A DNA stretch of 64,000 nt. Source: Acanthaster planci. Taxonomy: Eukaryota. The notes below the pieces were generated by a model. The model saw only the letters and a program-made list of their open reading frames with translations. It searched no databases and was not told the DNA's origin. This document shows, in pieces, positions 62,223 through 64,000 of the stretch (the first letter of the stretch is position 1; every line of letters starts with the position of its first letter). The stretch covers positions 2,660,535 to 2,724,534 of the forward strand of contig NW_019091358.1 in the NCBI RefSeq assembly GCF_001949145.1, in the 5' to 3' direction. The translations under genes and the position numbers were made by a program.

Positions 62223-64000
62223 AACAGTCTCTTTCAAAATCTAGGAAATCCTGGTTTATCATTATTATGTTTTTATTTTGGTATTTTGGGGAAATGGGTA
62301 TTTTAAGGGGTGCCTTAACTTTCAAACACAATACAAACCCTGCTGTGGGCCTTCAAACCCTCTGTTAATTGTGTCATGGATACTTCAGTTTCCTCTATCT
62401 CACCCCTGGTCAGAGGCCAGGAAAAAATATCTGAAATGATGATATTTGATTGAAGTTGATATGGTTTATTTGGCTGCTGCTCTTTGTCTCTTTCCTGGCT
62501 GACCCCTGACCCTCAGTCTCATTTGTGACCCAGCCTGTCAAAATGAGTCAGAAGTCACCAGAGCCACTTTTGAATTCAAGAAACCTGCACAATGAGAGAC
62601 CCCAAACATTTTTTCCCCAATAAATGTCCATTTTCATCAATGACTGACATGACTGATACCAGTACTTTGAAAGAAAGAGCTACTTGTATGTGCTTTCTAA
62701 GCCACAGTGGAGCAAAATTACTGGAAACCGGTCTTAGTAAGTCTCACTTTGTAGGCTCTGATTACATTTTTATCTGCTTTTCTTTTGTGCATTGTACGTA
62801 TGTTTGACTCGTACACGAGTGCCTGTACATGTATTATGTTGGCCTTAGTGTGAGCTTGGAAGAGATACAATGTACATGTACCAGTATTTAACTTAACAGA
62901 TATATTTTCCAGATTATTTTATGTGTATGTACATGTGTACAGTGCATGTAGTTTTTAGTGGGTAAATATACTGAGACTTAAATTTCACCAAACCTTCTTG
63001 CCCCCCCCTTTTTTTTTTCATTTTTGGCTGTATTTTTCAAGGACCTGCAATTTTTCAGTAAGGACCTTATAGTACTGACACACTGATAAGGGGAGTGCAG
63101 AACTATTCCGTAGCAACTGCAAGGAACCTTCCTAAGGTGCAATCTAGCATTTGGAGGTTTGTAATTACAGTAGGTATCATCACAAGTGGTTAGATTAAGA
63201 ATGGGGGGTAAATGAGGGATTCTTGTCCACAAACGTCAAAGCACGGCACGGCCGACTCCCCGCAGGGAAACTTAAACTGGAAGCTTTTGGCTCCCCTCAC
63301 CCAAGCAGGGATGCCTTCTCGGTGCATCGTGAGTGCGCATCACCTATCTACGCGGGCACTGCATGCCGTTCTAATGATGGCCATTGATTGGCTGATGATA
63401 TCCGGCCTGTCTAATTGAGTGGTGTCTACGGCCCCGCAGGGCTGTCATTACGGCCAGGCTATTACAGACTTATTTTCATTGCCGCTGGCCAACTCGGCAG
63501 AAAAGCTGATTGTGAAGTGGGCTCCCCTTGATTGTGGATATACTTGGCCCTCTGGGAATAGATGTTTTTGTAGTGAGTGGAAAATGAAAAGTACGGTATT
63601 TACGGTACATGTGTACCGAATGTGCAGCTAACAATGCACAGGCACTGCAGCTGTTTTAAGTTCAAAGCTACACACGTACAGTATGTGCACAGTTGTAATG
63701 AGCTGTGATTGACTTTTGAGGACATACATGTACAGTGTACATGTATATTTCCAAATAGGTCACTTGGGAGACATTTTGTGGTAACTTTTTCAACATTAGG
63801 GAGACATCGGTCATTAGAGAGACATTTCAATGTCTCCCTAATGCTCCAACTACCAAAAGGAGGAAAATTTTTATCCACCGCATGTTGAGAGATGATAGAT
63901 TAGGGTCTGAAAGGAAAACATGCAAAGTTTGGTTAAGATCGGATTAGGGACTATTGAATTATGGGACGGTTAAGTTTGAAAAGTTTTGTGCACGTTCCTA

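Noticed and set aside
63240..63530. GC-rich patch with a CCAAT-like word, possible alternative SNX27 start
   Set aside because: No SNX27-like coding sequence or convincing splice sites.

Overview
Eukaryotic (animal, probably invertebrate) genomic scaffold, AT-rich and very rich in TACATGTA words, with two N-gaps (15269-15429, 58273-59170). It contains three spliced protein-coding genes, assembled by hand from splice signals and protein similarity recalled from memory. (1) The 5' part of MAU2/SCC4 (cohesin loader; minus strand, 8 coding exons 8055->551, continuing off the left edge), including an 18-nt microexon followed by a U12-type (minor spliceosome) intron. (2) A complete GTDC1/QTMAN (queuosine-tRNA mannosyltransferase family; minus strand, 8 coding exons 34936->27880, 631 aa) with a repeat-derived C-terminal tail. 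(3) The first coding exon of SNX27 (PDZ domain; plus strand, 39679-39944), head-to-head with GTDC1 and followed by more than 24 kb of intron. Between MAU2 and GTDC1 is a ~14-kb same-strand tRNA cluster: six intact intron-containing tRNA-Tyr(GTA) genes (introns 16-44 nt), three Tyr pseudogenes/fragments, one tRNA-Lys(TTT) and two Lys pseudogenes, with local duplications, a MITE whose empty site is still visible, and a long palindrome. Several non-autonomous DNA transposons (hAT-like, piggyBac-like) and small tandem repeats are present. No CRISPR, rRNA or autonomous transposase was found. Nearly all ORFs in the supplied track are spurious.
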